Source: an uncultured Prevotella sp.
GTDB lineage: Bacteria; Bacteroidota; Bacteroidia; Bacteroidales; Bacteroidaceae
NCBI GenBank assembly: GCA_900315695.1
Contig: ONAE01000005.1
Location: forward strand, 1,468-65,467
Direction: 5' to 3'
DNA length: 64,000 nucleotides
The stretch's first letter is position 1, and each line of letters begins with the position of its first letter. The notes beneath the pieces were generated by a model. The model searched no databases, had not been told where the DNA came from, and worked only from the letters and a program-made list of their open reading frames with translations. The position numbers and the translations under genes were made by a program. This document shows positions 20,781 through 31,951 of this stretch, piece after piece.

Positions 20781-20820
20781 AACAAAAATCCCCTGGCGAT
20801 TGCCGGGGGATTTTTGTTTT
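20779..20820. terminator. Bidirectional intrinsic terminator
   Basis: aaaacaaaaatcccctggc-gatt-gccgggggatttttgtttt between convergent genes. Confidence 0.88.
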
Positions 20821-23206
20821 AGAAGTGGATATTCACGTCGAGACCAACCTGGACGGGGGTACCCTTCTGTGCGAAGTAGCGCTGGCCTCCGGCTGCGCTT
20901 GACGCCACAGCGAAGGTATTGTAATGCGTGTTGGTCAGGTTGCGCCCCCAGAGACTGACAACCACAGGACCGAAGTCGTAGTCGGCATGCGCCCCGAGCA
21001 GGGCATAGAACTTCTGGGCGTAAGTGTTAGCCTCATCCCACCAGGTCTTACCCTGACCTGAGAGGTTGGCGCCAAGGGTGAACTTACCGAAATGGTAGTC
21101 GATCAAGGCGCTCAAGGTGTGGTGTGGTACATAAGGCACATAGTTGTCCTTAAAATCCTCATATTCATCAAATTTTGCGTTGGTGTAACCATAGGTCAGT
21201 CCCCAGTCGAGGGCGTTGTCAACCGCTTTGCCTCGCAGGGTAGCCTCCACACCAAAGGAGTGACTCTTACCGGCATTCACCATCATACGACCGTAGTTCG
21301 AACCTGGGATCATCTGTGAGAGTTGCTGGTTGCGGATCTTCATGTAGTAAAGGGCGAGGTCGAAGTGCACCTGTGAGTCGAAGAGGTTCAGGTGAGTACC
21401 GATCTCGTAGTTCCACGACTCCTCGGGCTTATAGACAATCGTCTCCTCGATGGCTTCATAGTCGGCAGCGGTATGCGCCACGTCATAGTCACCACGCATG
21501 GCATCCTGCTGATGGGCATTCAGGTCGGTCTGCAGGATATCGCTGAACATCTGGATGTTGTAACCGCCGGCACGATAGCCTTTGGACACAAGGGCGTAGA
21601 TGTTACCGATCTGCTCATCGAAGGTGTAGGTGAGTCCGATCTTCGGCAACAGCTGGGTAAAGGTCTTTGAGCGACAGTCCTGTACATGTGAGGTGAGATG
21701 ATAGGTAGCCTGACGCTCGGCAGTGCCACCAGTCATGTTCATATAGGCAAGGGCATCGTACTCGATCTTTACGCGATCGACATTGAAACGGAGACCGAGG
21801 GTGAGCTTCAGACGATCAGCCAACAGGATGTTCGACTCGTGGAAGACGGCAAAGTTGAACGTGGGGGTCTTAAACGACTCAGGCACGCCCATCTCTACAT
21901 TCATCGACACCCCTTCAACGGCTTTCTGAACAGCGGCATTGGCAGCAGCCTCTGCCTGTTTCTCTGCCACAGCCTGGGGCATGCCCTGAGCCACCATCTG
22001 TTCCAGCATCTGCTCGTACATACGCGGATACATCGACTGCTGCATAGCGCCGCGCATGGCATTGGTGATGGCATTGCCGATAGGGGCGGTGATGGCATCG
22101 CCGAACGACACAGGTGCCTCTGTGTTCAACCATTGATAGGCACCGAAGAGACCTGTGGCGTGCTGCCAGCTGCTCTTGTCGTGAGAGCGGAGCACGAACT
22201 CCTGGGTAATGGCGTTCATCTTCTGATCCTGATGAAGCTGCAGATAGTCGGGTGTCATATAGTCCTGATCCATCAGCATTTGATCCTTGAGATGCTGATA
22301 GCTGGTAGTAGAGGTGAAGAGCAGCTTCTCCATGTTGTAGCCGATATTCAGGCCGGTGTTGAACATATTACGCTTATAACCGTTCATGATGGTGGTGGCA
22401 GGATCCTTCACATCATTATTATCAATATTCAACTCACCATAGGCAAAACCATTCTGATTCACATACTGGTAGTCAGCCGTCCAGTCGAACTTCAGCTTCG
22501 GGTTGGGCTGATAGATCAGGCGCAGCTTACCACCTGCCTCATTGCTCTTGTCGTTCTTCTCTGAGAAGTTATCATTGTTGATAAAGCCTTTCAGTCCACT
22601 ATAGAAGCCAGCCACCGTAAAGGCGAGCTTGTCGCTGGGACGCTGGTAGTGAGCCACCTCTACGTTACTATACAGGCCTGTTCCAATGCCAAGACGGATA
22701 TCCGTACCCTGATAGTTGATGGGGTTCTTGGAGTAGATACGCACCAGTCCACCCTCGGTGTTCTGTCCATAGAGCGTACCCTGAGGTCCTCGCAGGATAT
22801 CCACACGATCGAGCATATAGAAATGGTTGTTGAAGGCAGCCTTCGACATCAGGGGGATGTTATCGTAATAGACACCCACTGCCGGACTGTTGACACGTGA
22901 ACCGATACCACGCACATACATCGAAGAGGTCAGGCGCGAGCCATACGACGGCATGGTGAACGATGGTACATACTGTGACAACTGCGACAGGTCGCGCACG
23001 TTAAGCTGCTGAAGCTGTTCACTGCCAAACACGTTCGAGCTGACGGGCTGGAGGCGCAGGCGCACCTGTTCTTTGGGTTGGGAAATAACCACGACCTCAT
23101 CGAGGTCAATCACACGGGAAGAGTCTGTCAATTCCTTGGCCACCTCTGCCTGAGCACTCAGACAAAGCACCATCAAAGAACTACAGATAAGACGATTACA
23201 ATTCAT
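20819..23206 (-). CDS. TonB-dependent receptor
   Basis: Signal peptide, plug motif RVDILRGPQGTLYG, SKGYRAGG and C-terminal F. TACCTTTG promoter element at 23246-23239. Confidence 0.92.
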   Translation of the reverse strand: MNCNRLICSSLMVLCLSAQAEVAKELTDSSRVIDLDEVVVISQPKEQVRLRLQPVSSNVFGSEQLQQLNVRDLSQLSQYVPSFTMPSYGSRLTSSMYVRGIGSRVNSPAVGVYYDNIPLMSKAAFNNHFYMLDRVDILRGPQGTLYGQNTEGGLVRIYSKNPINYQGTDIRLGIGTGLYSNVEVAHYQRPSDKLAFTVAGFYSGLKGFINNDNFSEKNDKSNEAGGKLRLIYQPNPKLKFDWTADYQYVNQNGFAYGELNIDNNDVKDPATTIMNGYKRNMFNTGLNIGYNMEKLLFTSTTSYQHLKDQMLMDQDYMTPDYLQLHQDQKMNAITQEFVLRSHDKSSWQHATGLFGAYQWLNTEAPVSFGDAITAPIGNAITNAMRGAMQQSMYPRMYEQMLEQMVAQGMPQAVAEKQAEAAANAAVQKAVEGVSMNVEMGVPESFKTPTFNFAVFHESNILLADRLKLTLGLRFNVDRVKIEYDALAYMNMTGGTAERQATYHLTSHVQDCRSKTFTQLLPKIGLTYTFDEQIGNIYALVSKGYRAGGYNIQMFSDILQTDLNAHQQDAMRGDYDVAHTAADYEAIEETIVYKPEESWNYEIGTHLNLFDSQVHFDLALYYMKIRNQQLSQMIPGSNYGRMMVNAGKSHSFGVEATLRGKAVDNALDWGLTYGYTNAKFDEYEDFKDNYVPYVPHHTLSALIDYHFGKFTLGANLSGQGKTWWDEANTYAQKFYALLGAHADYDFGPVVVSLWGRNLTNTHYNTFAVASSAAGGQRYFAQKGTPVQVGLDVNIHF

Positions 23207-23300
23207 ATCTCTAAATGGTATTAATTAAAAATCGGGTGCAAAGGTACGGATTTTCCGTGAAACATACAATCCCTATTTATGTGGATTTTATCGTAAGCAC

Positions 23301-23362
23301 TGACGAATCGTCAGCAATATCCGACAATTTGTCATGAATTCTTCCCAAGGCACAGGCTTTGA
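23301..23362 (+). promoter_or_regulatory. Palindromic boxes plus sigma54-like element upstream of clpB
   Basis: TGACGAATCGTCA (23301), CGACAATTTGTCA (23322) and AGGCAC-N5-TTGA (23348-23362). Confidence 0.5.
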
Positions 23363-23395
23363 TGCTTTAAGGGTAAAACATAGGAGGACAAACAT

Positions 23396-25903
23396 ATGAC
23401 ACTCGACAAATTTACAATCAAAGCACAGGAGGCCGTACAACAGGCAGTGAACACCGCCCAGATGAACGGTCAGCAGGTCATAGAACCTGTACATATACTC
23501 AAAGGTATATTGGAGAAGGCGAAGGACGTAACCAACTTCGTCTTCCAGAAGCTCGGGGTCAACGCCCAGCAGATCGAGATGCTCGTCGATAACGAGATCC
23601 AGCATCTGCCGAAGGTACAGGGCGGACAACCCTATCTCTCTAATGATAGTAATAATGTACTCGTACGCGCACAAGAGACTGCCCAGAAATGGGGTGACGA
23701 GTTTGTGGCGTGTGAACCGGTGTTACAGGCACTGCTCTCCGTCAACTCCACAGCCAGTCGTATCATGAAGGATGCGGGCTGTACGGAGAAGGAGATGCTG
23801 CAGGCCATTCAGGCGCTGCGCCAGGGTCAGAAGGTACAGTCGCAGTCGGCTGACGACAACTATCAGTCGCTGGAGAAGTACGCCAAGAACCTGGTCGATC
23901 TGGCGCGTCAGGGCAAACTCGATCCTGTCATCGGGCGTGACGATGAGATCCGCCGTCTGTTGCAGATCCTCTCGCGTCGTACGAAGAACAACCCGATCCT
24001 GATCGGTGAACCCGGTACGGGTAAGACCGCCATCGTGGAAGGTCTGGCAGGTCGTATCGTACGGGGAGATGTACCCGAGAACCTGAAGGACAAGCAACTC
24101 TACTCCCTCGACATGGGTGCGCTGGTGGCTGGTGCGAAATACAAAGGTGAATTCGAGGAACGTCTGAAGAGCGTCATCAACGAGGTGACGAAAGCAGAAG
24201 GCCGCATCATCCTCTTCATCGATGAGATCCACACGCTGGTAGGTGCCGGTGGTGGTGAGGGGGCGATGGATGCCGCCAATATCCTGAAGCCAGCCTTGGC
24301 CCGTGGTGAACTGCGTGCCATCGGTGCCACGACTCTGAATGAGTATCAGAAATACTTTGAAAAGGATAAGGCCCTGGAGCGCCGATTCCAGACCGTGATG
24401 GTCGATGAGCCTGATGAGCTCAGTGCCATCTCCATCCTGCGAGGCTTGAAGGAGCGCTACGAAAACCACCACAAGGTACGTATCCAGGATGATGCCTGTA
24501 TCGCTGCCGTGCAACTCTCGGAGCGTTATATCTCAGAAAGGTTCCTGCCTGATAAGGCCATCGACCTGATGGATGAGGCAGCCGCCAAACTGCGTATGGA
24601 GCGCGACTCCGTGCCAGAGGAACTCGATGAGATCACGCGTCGCCTCGCCCAGCTCGAGATCGAGCGCGAGGCGATCAAGCGCGAAGGGGATGAACCCAAG
24701 ATTGCCCAGTTGGATAAAGATATCGCTGAGCTCCGCGAACAGGAGACCCAGTTCCGTGCCAAGTGGGAGGGTGAGCGCCAGCTCATCAACAAGATTCAGC
24801 AGGACAAGCAGGAGATGGAGAGCCTGAAACTCGAGGCTGAACGTGCCGAGCGCGAGGGCGACTATGGCAAGGTGGCGGAAATCCGCTACTCGAAACTGAA
24901 GGTCTTGGAGGATGACATCAAGGCCATCCAACAGCAGTTGGCTTCTGCCCAAGGTGGCGACTCCCTCGTCCGCGAGGAAGTGACTGCCGATGATATCGCA
25001 GAGGTGGTATCGCGCTGGACGGGCATCCCGGTCACGAAGATGATGCAGAGTGAGCGCGAAAAGCTGCTCCATCTGGAAGACGAACTCCATCAGCGTGTGA
25101 TTGGCCAGGACGAGGCCATCACGGCGGTCTCTGATGCGGTGCGCAGAAGTCGTGCAGGCTTGCAGGATCCGAAGCGTCCGATTGCCTCTTTCATCTTCCT
25201 GGGTACGACCGGTGTCGGTAAGACCGAACTGGCTAAGACACTCGCCGACTACCTCTTCAACGATGAGACGATGATGACGCGTATCGATATGAGTGAATAT
25301 CAGGAGAAGTACAGTGTCTCCCGTCTGATTGGTGCGCCTCCGGGCTATGTGGGCTATGATGAGGGTGGACAGCTCACAGAGGCGGTGCGCCGCAAGCCCT
25401 ACTCCGTGGTGCTCTTCGATGAGATTGAGAAGGCTCATCCCGACGTGTTCAACATCCTCTTGCAGGTATTGGACGATGGACGTCTGACCGACAACAAGGG
25501 ACGTACCGCCAACTTCAAGAACACGATCATCATCATGACCTCAAATGCGACACGTGAGCAGTTGCGCCAGACGATGCGTCCGGAGTTCCTGAACCGTATC
25601 GACGAGATCATCACCTTCACCCCGCTCACGAAGGAGCAGATTGCCGATGTGGTTCGTCTGCAGATGAAGAAGGTGACGGAGATGCTGGCGCCTCAGGGCA
25701 TCACCCTCGAATGCACGCCTCAGGCGATTGCCTTCCTGGCCGAAGAGGGTTACGACCCCGACTTTGGTGCCCGACCTGTCAAACGTGCCATCCAACAGTT
25801 CGTGCTCAACGACCTGTCGAAGAAGCTTCTGGCTGATGAGGTGGATCGCACCAAACCGATCATCATCGATGAGTTTGGCGAAGGATTAGTTTTCCGGAAT
25901 TGA
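23396..25903 (+). CDS. clpB: ATP-dependent chaperone ClpB
   Basis: Two AAA+ modules ([16 protein letters not shown]), IDMSEY pore region and coiled-coil middle domain. Confidence 0.96.
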   Translation: MTLDKFTIKAQEAVQQAVNTAQMNGQQVIEPVHILKGILEKAKDVTNFVFQKLGVNAQQIEMLVDNEIQHLPKVQGGQPYLSNDSNNVLVRAQETAQKWGDEFVACEPVLQALLSVNSTASRIMKDAGCTEKEMLQAIQALRQGQKVQSQSADDNYQSLEKYAKNLVDLARQGKLDPVIGRDDEIRRLLQILSRRTKNNPILIGEPGTGKTAIVEGLAGRIVRGDVPENLKDKQLYSLDMGALVAGAKYKGEFEERLKSVINEVTKAEGRIILFIDEIHTLVGAGGGEGAMDAANILKPALARGELRAIGATTLNEYQKYFEKDKALERRFQTVMVDEPDELSAISILRGLKERYENHHKVRIQDDACIAAVQLSERYISERFLPDKAIDLMDEAAAKLRMERDSVPEELDEITRRLAQLEIEREAIKREGDEPKIAQLDKDIAELREQETQFRAKWEGERQLINKIQQDKQEMESLKLEAERAEREGDYGKVAEIRYSKLKVLEDDIKAIQQQLASAQGGDSLVREEVTADDIAEVVSRWTGIPVTKMMQSEREKLLHLEDELHQRVIGQDEAITAVSDAVRRSRAGLQDPKRPIASFIFLGTTGVGKTELAKTLADYLFNDETMMTRIDMSEYQEKYSVSRLIGAPPGYVGYDEGGQLTEAVRRKPYSVVLFDEIEKAHPDVFNILLQVLDDGRLTDNKGRTANFKNTIIIMTSNATREQLRQTMRPEFLNRIDEIITFTPLTKEQIADVVRLQMKKVTEMLAPQGITLECTPQAIAFLAEEGYDPDFGARPVKRAIQQFVLNDLSKKLLADEVDRTKPIIIDEFGEGLVFRN

Positions 25904-27362
25904 TATAAAGGCCTGGTGTCTGAGGCTCACCAGGAAGCTGTCTGCCATGAAGGTCATACCATTGGGTGTGGCCTTCATTTATCACATTTGTCAGGACCCG
26001 ACGGATGGCTGTCGGATCTGTCGTAAAATCGAAGGAGACAGTGCCGTTACTGGCTACACGGATGTTCGTGATGGCCTTCGACATCAGCAGTTCGCCATCG
26101 GCATTGGGCGAAAAGAGGACCGCTGCCGGAGTGCTGGTATTTGTCAGACTCTGGTTCTCCCCAAAGGGATAGGCCGACGTACTGAGAAACTTGCAGCGCA
26201 AACAGCCGGGCATGGTATATTTGTCAGGATCTTCACCATCGTTCTTAGGATCCCAGACCATATAGTCCTTACCGTCGGCATGGAACAGGTCGTAACGATA
26301 ATGATCATCAGAGATGTTCACTTGATTATCACCCCAGCTCGACTGCAGGAAATCCACATGCACGATGAGCAGGCCGTTACCCGGGCAGCCATAGTCCCAG
26401 CCTACCTGTTGGCGGTTCTCCAACAGGTAGTATTCATCGGCATTCCCAGAATTACGGATGAGATAGGTCTTACCCCCGGCACTCACGGATTTCATGTCCG
26501 TGACGGTCGTGGCCTGTGTCAGTTCCTCAGGCTGCTCCCATCCCAGATACATTTTCTCCATAGCCATGAGGTTGGGCGGACACCAGCCTCTGTTGGTGTA
26601 GTTACCACCATCCAACAGATCCCATTCATCGACAGCCGAGAAGCTGGTCGCAGAGCCCAGAGGATAGATATCCGGGAGTCCCAGCGCATGGCACATCTCA
26701 TGGGCGATGGTTCCAAACCCATTGAGGTTACCATCTTTCCACAACTCTGTGGCGATGGAGCAAAAGGCATTATAGACATCACCTGGCAACAAGAGCTTTT
26801 CATTCTGAGAACTAGGCCAGACATACCCCTTCTTCTGGTTCCCGGCATAACTGGCTGCCACGAAGAACAGCTCGTCCACCATCCCATCCCCATTCCAGTC
26901 ATAGACGGAGAAATCGGTCTTCTCGGTGTCATACAACTGTTTCACAGCATCCCGCATCACATCCTCACCATAGTAGGTGCTCCCATGACCGCCAGCTTCC
27001 TGAGTGACCTTAAAGGGACCATAGACATCAAACTGCAGGTTCAGGCGTCCGTTCGACTGATCACGGAAGTAGTCAGCCAGACAGCCTACCCCTACCCCTT
27101 CGTTATAACCCTTTTCATTGAGCATGCGATGGTAATACGATCGGGGATCAGACATAGTGAAGTCCGCATCGCTGAAAGCAACGAGGATCACTGGCATGCG
27201 ATAGGTTTTCTGGGGGTCAAAGTCATAAGGCATTGGAAGCATCTGGTTATCCCCACGTGTCGATGACCTGTCACCAGTATGCACACAGCCAATGCGCTGA
27301 GCACTGGCTGTTATCACAGCCAGCGCCAGCAACACCGATATCAATATACTTTCAATCTTCAA
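25863..27362 (-). CDS. M6-family (immune inhibitor A-like) metalloprotease with T9SS-type C-terminal tail
   Basis: Signal peptide; [11 protein letters not shown] zinc motif, [18 protein letters not shown]; tail WYDLHGRQL...GLYI. Confidence 0.88.
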   Translation of the reverse strand: MKIESILISVLLALAVITASAQRIGCVHTGDRSSTRGDNQMLPMPYDFDPQKTYRMPVILVAFSDADFTMSDPRSYYHRMLNEKGYNEGVGVGCLADYFRDQSNGRLNLQFDVYGPFKVTQEAGGHGSTYYGEDVMRDAVKQLYDTEKTDFSVYDWNGDGMVDELFFVAASYAGNQKKGYVWPSSQNEKLLLPGDVYNAFCSIATELWKDGNLNGFGTIAHEMCHALGLPDIYPLGSATSFSAVDEWDLLDGGNYTNRGWCPPNLMAMEKMYLGWEQPEELTQATTVTDMKSVSAGGKTYLIRNSGNADEYYLLENRQQVGWDYGCPGNGLLIVHVDFLQSSWGDNQVNISDDHYRYDLFHADGKDYMVWDPKNDGEDPDKYTMPGCLRCKFLSTSAYPFGENQSLTNTSTPAAVLFSPNADGELLMSKAITNIRVASNGTVSFDFTTDPTAIRRVLTNVINEGHTQWYDLHGRQLPGEPQTPGLYINSGKLILRQTHR

Positions 27363-27369
27363 TTTTCAA

Positions 27370-29019
27370 TCACTTCCCGCAGGGTTTCCAAGGTTTCAGG
27401 GTCTTGAAGAAGTCATTACCCTTATCATCCACGAGGATGAAGGCAGGGAAGTCCTCAACCTCAATCTTCCAGACAGCCTCCATACCGAGCTCGGGATACT
27501 CGACGCACTCGATGCTCTTGATACTGCTCTGAGAGAGCACAGCTGCCACACCACCGATGGTTCCCAGATAGAAACCGCCATGCTTCTTACAAGCCTCTGT
27601 CACCACGTCACTGCGGTTACCCTTAGCAATCATCACCAGCGAAGCACCGTTAGCCTGGAACTCATCCACATAGGGATCCATACGGTTGGCGGTGGTGGGA
27701 CCCATCGAGCCACAAGGATAGCCCTCTGGTGTCTTGGCAGGTCCTGCATACAGCACAGGATACTTCTTGAAGTAGTCGGGCAATCCCTCACCGGCATCCA
27801 GACGGGCCTTCAGCTTGGCATGAGCGATATCACGGGCTACAATGATGGTACCCTTCAGGTTGATGCGGGTGCTGACGGGATATTTTGACAGCTCCTTACG
27901 AACAGCATCGATACCCTCGTTCAGGTCGATCTCGATACCCTTACCACCCTCACCGGGCTTGCGCAGCTCCTCAGGAATCAGTTCTGTGGGGTTGCTGTCC
28001 ATCTTCTCCAGCCAGATACCATCACGGTTGATCTTGGCCTTGATGTTACGGTCAGCCGAGCAAGAGACACCCATACCGATCGGACAAGAAGCACCATGAC
28101 GAGGCAGACGGATCACACGGATGTCGTGAGCCAGATACTTACCACCAAACTGAGCACCCAGACCGATCTTCTGAGCCTCAACAATCAGTTTCTGCTCGAG
28201 GTCGATGTCACGGAAAGCTCGACCGGTCTCATCACCGGTGGTAGGCAGACCATCATAGAACTTGATAGAAGCCAGCTTCACAGTGAGCAGGTTCTTCTCG
28301 GCAGAAGTACCACCAATCACGAAGGCGATATGATACGGCGGACAAGCAGCTGTACCCAGACTCTTCATCTTCTCTACCAGGAAGGGGATGAGCGTACCCT
28401 CATTCTGGATGGTAGCCTTGGTCATAGGATAGAAGTAGGTCTTGTTGGCAGAGCCACCACCCTTGGCCACCATCACGAACTTATACTCAGCACCCTCAGT
28501 GGCCTCGATATCAATCTGTGCAGGCAGGTTGCAACGGGTGTTCACCTCGTCGTACATGTTCAGCGGTGCATTCTGCGAGTAGCGCAGATTGTCCTGTGTG
28601 AACGTATTGAACACACCCAGACTCAGGGCTTCCTCATCCTCGAAACCAGTCCAGATCTGCTGACCCTTCTCACCATGGATGATGGCGGTACCGGTATCCT
28701 GGCAGAAAGGCAGGATGCCCTTGGCAGCTGTCTCTGCATTACGCAGGAACTGCAGGGCCACATACTTGTCATTTTCTGAGGCCTCAGGATCAGTCAGGAT
28801 CTTTGCCACCTGCTCATTATGCTCTCTGCGCAGCATGAACTCCACATCGTGGAAGGCCTGCTGGGCCAAGAGGGTCAGGGCCTCCTTGGAGACCTTTACG
28901 ATTTCCTTACCTTCAAACTCGGCTGTTGTCACGCCATCTTTTGTCAAAAGGCGATACGCTGTTTTGTCTTCACCCACCTGAAACATCGGTGCGTACTTAA
29001 ATTCAACATTCTTTGCCAT
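27370..29019 (-). CDS. Class I fumarate hydratase (Fe-S)
   Basis: [31 protein letters not shown] and IAKG motifs. Confidence 0.95.
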   Translation of the reverse strand: MAKNVEFKYAPMFQVGEDKTAYRLLTKDGVTTAEFEGKEIVKVSKEALTLLAQQAFHDVEFMLRREHNEQVAKILTDPEASENDKYVALQFLRNAETAAKGILPFCQDTGTAIIHGEKGQQIWTGFEDEEALSLGVFNTFTQDNLRYSQNAPLNMYDEVNTRCNLPAQIDIEATEGAEYKFVMVAKGGGSANKTYFYPMTKATIQNEGTLIPFLVEKMKSLGTAACPPYHIAFVIGGTSAEKNLLTVKLASIKFYDGLPTTGDETGRAFRDIDLEQKLIVEAQKIGLGAQFGGKYLAHDIRVIRLPRHGASCPIGMGVSCSADRNIKAKINRDGIWLEKMDSNPTELIPEELRKPGEGGKGIEIDLNEGIDAVRKELSKYPVSTRINLKGTIIVARDIAHAKLKARLDAGEGLPDYFKKYPVLYAGPAKTPEGYPCGSMGPTTANRMDPYVDEFQANGASLVMIAKGNRSDVVTEACKKHGGFYLGTIGGVAAVLSQSSIKSIECVEYPELGMEAVWKIEVEDFPAFILVDDKGNDFFKTLKPWKPCGK

Positions 29020-29043
29020 ACTTGTACTTGTTTTAATTTATAG

Positions 29044-31947
29044 TTAATATCCAAACACTTCTTCTAAAGTCAGGCGCTTGATCGGACCGATCTTCTCCAG
29101 CGCCGGTATATCCAGCTCCTTCTCGTCTCCGAGGATGATATAGCGGAAAGGCTTTCGCGCCATGTTTGCAGCCTCAAAGGCCACGATATCCTTCAGCTGC
29201 AGCTGTTGGATAGCCTGATAAGTTGCCTCAGAGAGATCCTTCTCCAGTCCCAGCCGCTTCATCATGAGGTAGCGGCTGATAATGCCACCCTTCCGCACAC
29301 GACTGGTAGCCATGAGCTTCAGCACACTCTCCTTCGCAATCTGGAAGGCAGCCTCACTCTGTGGGATGGTATCCAGGATCTGATGGAACTGGTTGATGCA
29401 GTCCATCATCTTATCGTTCTGTGAGATGATATGGGTGTAGAAATACTCCTTCTCCCCCTGTCGGCCGGGTCTGAGATAGGCAGCACCGGCATTATAGGCC
29501 AGTCCTCGTGCCTCACGCATCTCCTGGAACACGATCCCGTTCATGCCAGCCCCGTAATACTCGTTGAAGAGCGTCTGCACCCCATTCTCTGCCGGGTTCC
29601 ACGCCCGATCCTCATTATGATACATGCGCATGTAGATGTTCTTCGCATCATAGGGTGCGATCCAGACCTCATTCTTCGGAGTCAGTTCCCGGGTGTAGGG
29701 CTGGCCTTGTGGCACGGGCTTCAACTGCTGGGGTGTGGGATGCGCCTTCGCCAACAGGTCGGAGAGTGCCTGCACACTCATCGGTCCGTAGTAGAGCACG
29801 CTGTGTTCCATATGCCTGAGGTCACTCAACAGGTTGAGCAACGCCTGGGGATTGGCGGCACGCAACGCCTGTTCAGTCATATCGTCACGTCGCATGTTAT
29901 GCGGTCCGTAGAGTGCATACTCATACAGATAGTCGAAACACGTACGCTGGTCCTTTTTGCGGTTCTCACGGGCCTTCATGATCATCTCCACGAAGCTGTT
30001 GTAAGAGTCGGCATCCCCCTGTGCGTTCTGCAGGAGATCCTCCAACAGGTTCAGGGCGGCCGGCATGTTCTCACTCAGTCCGGAGAGCGAGATATTCAGG
30101 TTGTCGCCATTCACATTCACGCTATAGTTGCAGGCGAGGTTATAGAACTGCTGCTTCACCTCTGTGGCTGTACGCGTCTTGGTACCCACCACGTTGAGGT
30201 AGTCGCTCACCATATCATAGCGGTTGTCATCCTCATGACCGAACTCATAGCGGAAGGTCAGGTTAAACAGCTCGTCAGTGGTATTCTTCACATAGAGCAG
30301 AGGTAACTTCCCATTGGTCTGGGCGATGGTCAGCGCCTTGTCGAAATCCACGAACTCAGGATGGATAGGCTCCACCTCACTGTTCTGGATCTCCTTCACA
30401 AACGGACTCACGAGGTCGCGGTTGGTGGGAATCGGGGTGATGGCCGGCTTATCGATCTTCTTCTGCAGGGAGTCCACCCCCTGACGCTTGAAGACCGTTG
30501 CATAGCCATGCGCGAAGAAGCGGTTAGCGAAATCCACGATCTGCTGTTTGGTGAGCTTCGACACACGGTCGAGGCGCCCTACATGCTGTTCCCAGGACTC
30601 GCCATTGATAAAGGCATCGAGGTGCTCACTCACGCGCCATCTGTTGTTCTCCAACGAACGCTGGTAGTTCAGTTTGAGGTTATTGATCACTGCAGGCAAC
30701 AGGTCGTCGGAGAAGTTGCCCTGCTTCAGGTTCTCGATTTCCCCCAGTAACAGGGCGCGCACCTCCTCCAGACGCTGGTTGGGTTTGGGCATGCCCATCA
30801 TCAGGAAGGAAGAATAGTCCTGCATGGCCTGGAGTCCGCAACCGGCACTCTGTACCCGCATGGCCTGGTTCAGGTTCAGGTCGATCAGACCGGCCTTGCC
30901 GTTGTTCAGCATATAGGCAATCACGTCGAGGGTGTCGCACTGCAGGTCGGCGGCTTTGTTGGCCAACCAGCCCAACCAGACTTGTTCGGCCTGTTGGCCC
31001 ACCACGGTGGTGTCGGTAGGAGCGGTCAGAGGCTTCTGCACCGGGAACGTTGGTTGTGGAACGCTCGTCTGGGCGGGTTTCCAACCACCAAAATACTGAT
31101 CGATGAGGGCAATGGTCTTGTCGGGATCGAAGTCACCAGCCATACAAATGGCGATATTATTCGGCACATACCACTTCTTGAAGTAATTCTCGATATTCAC
31201 GATCGAGGGATTCTTCAAGTGCTCCTGCGTACCGATCGTTGTCTGCGTACCATAAGGATGCGACGGTGTGAGCTTCTTGCCCAGCGCACTCATCACCTTA
31301 TCATTATCATACGTGAGATAGATGTTATACTCCTCATACACCGCCTCGAGTTCAGTATGGAAGCCACGGATCACCATATTCTGAAAACGGTCACTCTGGA
31401 TCTTTGCCCAGTTCTCAATCTCATTCGAGGGGATATCCTCGGTATAACAGGTCACATCATTCGAGGTGAACGCATTTGTTCCCTCAGCCCCGATGGCCGC
31501 CATCAGCTTGTCGTACTCGTTGGGGATGAAGTACTGGGCAGCCACCTGACTCACAGAGTCGATCTCATGATAGGCCTGCTTGCGCTGTTCAGGATCCGTG
31601 AGCAGCCGATAGCGCTCGTAGCGTTCCTTGATGTCGTTCAACAGGGGTGCCTCTGCTTCGGCATTGATTGTTCCGAAGTGGTTCGTGCCCTTAAACATCA
31701 GGTGCTCCAGGTAATGAGCCAGACCAGTCGTCTCTGCGGGATCGTTCTTCGAGCCCGTCCGTACGGCGATATACGTCTGAATCCTCGGCCTCTCGTTATT
31801 CACCGAGAGATACACCTTCAAACCGTTATCTAAGGTATAGATACGTGTATGCGTCAAATCGCTCTCGACGGTCTCGAATTGGTAGTCTTTCGCCTGTGCG
31901 CTCAGTCCTAAAAATGCGCAAAACAGGCATAAACAGATTTTCTTCAT
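29044..31947 (-). CDS. M16 (insulinase) family zinc peptidase
   Basis: TGLAHYLEHLMFKG inverted zinc motif, NAFTS and REARGLAY; signal peptide from MKKICL. Confidence 0.92.
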   Translation of the reverse strand: MKKICLCLFCAFLGLSAQAKDYQFETVESDLTHTRIYTLDNGLKVYLSVNNERPRIQTYIAVRTGSKNDPAETTGLAHYLEHLMFKGTNHFGTINAEAEAPLLNDIKERYERYRLLTDPEQRKQAYHEIDSVSQVAAQYFIPNEYDKLMAAIGAEGTNAFTSNDVTCYTEDIPSNEIENWAKIQSDRFQNMVIRGFHTELEAVYEEYNIYLTYDNDKVMSALGKKLTPSHPYGTQTTIGTQEHLKNPSIVNIENYFKKWYVPNNIAICMAGDFDPDKTIALIDQYFGGWKPAQTSVPQPTFPVQKPLTAPTDTTVVGQQAEQVWLGWLANKAADLQCDTLDVIAYMLNNGKAGLIDLNLNQAMRVQSAGCGLQAMQDYSSFLMMGMPKPNQRLEEVRALLLGEIENLKQGNFSDDLLPAVINNLKLNYQRSLENNRWRVSEHLDAFINGESWEQHVGRLDRVSKLTKQQIVDFANRFFAHGYATVFKRQGVDSLQKKIDKPAITPIPTNRDLVSPFVKEIQNSEVEPIHPEFVDFDKALTIAQTNGKLPLLYVKNTTDELFNLTFRYEFGHEDDNRYDMVSDYLNVVGTKTRTATEVKQQFYNLACNYSVNVNGDNLNISLSGLSENMPAALNLLEDLLQNAQGDADSYNSFVEMIMKARENRKKDQRTCFDYLYEYALYGPHNMRRDDMTEQALRAANPQALLNLLSDLRHMEHSVLYYGPMSVQALSDLLAKAHPTPQQLKPVPQGQPYTRELTPKNEVWIAPYDAKNIYMRMYHNEDRAWNPAENGVQTLFNEYYGAGMNGIVFQEMREARGLAYNAGAAYLRPGRQGEKEYFYTHIISQNDKMMDCINQFHQILDTIPQSEAAFQIAKESVLKLMATSRVRKGGIISRYLMMKRLGLEKDLSEATYQAIQQLQLKDIVAFEAANMARKPFRYIILGDEKELDIPALEKIGPIKRLTLEEVFGY

Positions 31948-31951
31948 AACG

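Noticed and set aside
18342-23206. GH94 plus TonB receptor as a polysaccharide utilisation locus
   Set aside because: The genes are convergent, separated by a terminator, and have no SusD, regulator or other CAZymes.
23207-23300. Riboswitch upstream of the TonB receptor
   Set aside because: The -7 element is only about 30 bp from the start codon, and no cobalamin or TPP motif is visible.
25947-27266. Long antisense ORFs (this 439-aa one and similar at 52366-53547, 58877-59986, 56262-57455, 37446-38483, 31973-33079)
   Set aside because: They are shadows of real genes, produced by C/G-ending codon bias. They have no recognisable motifs or promoters.
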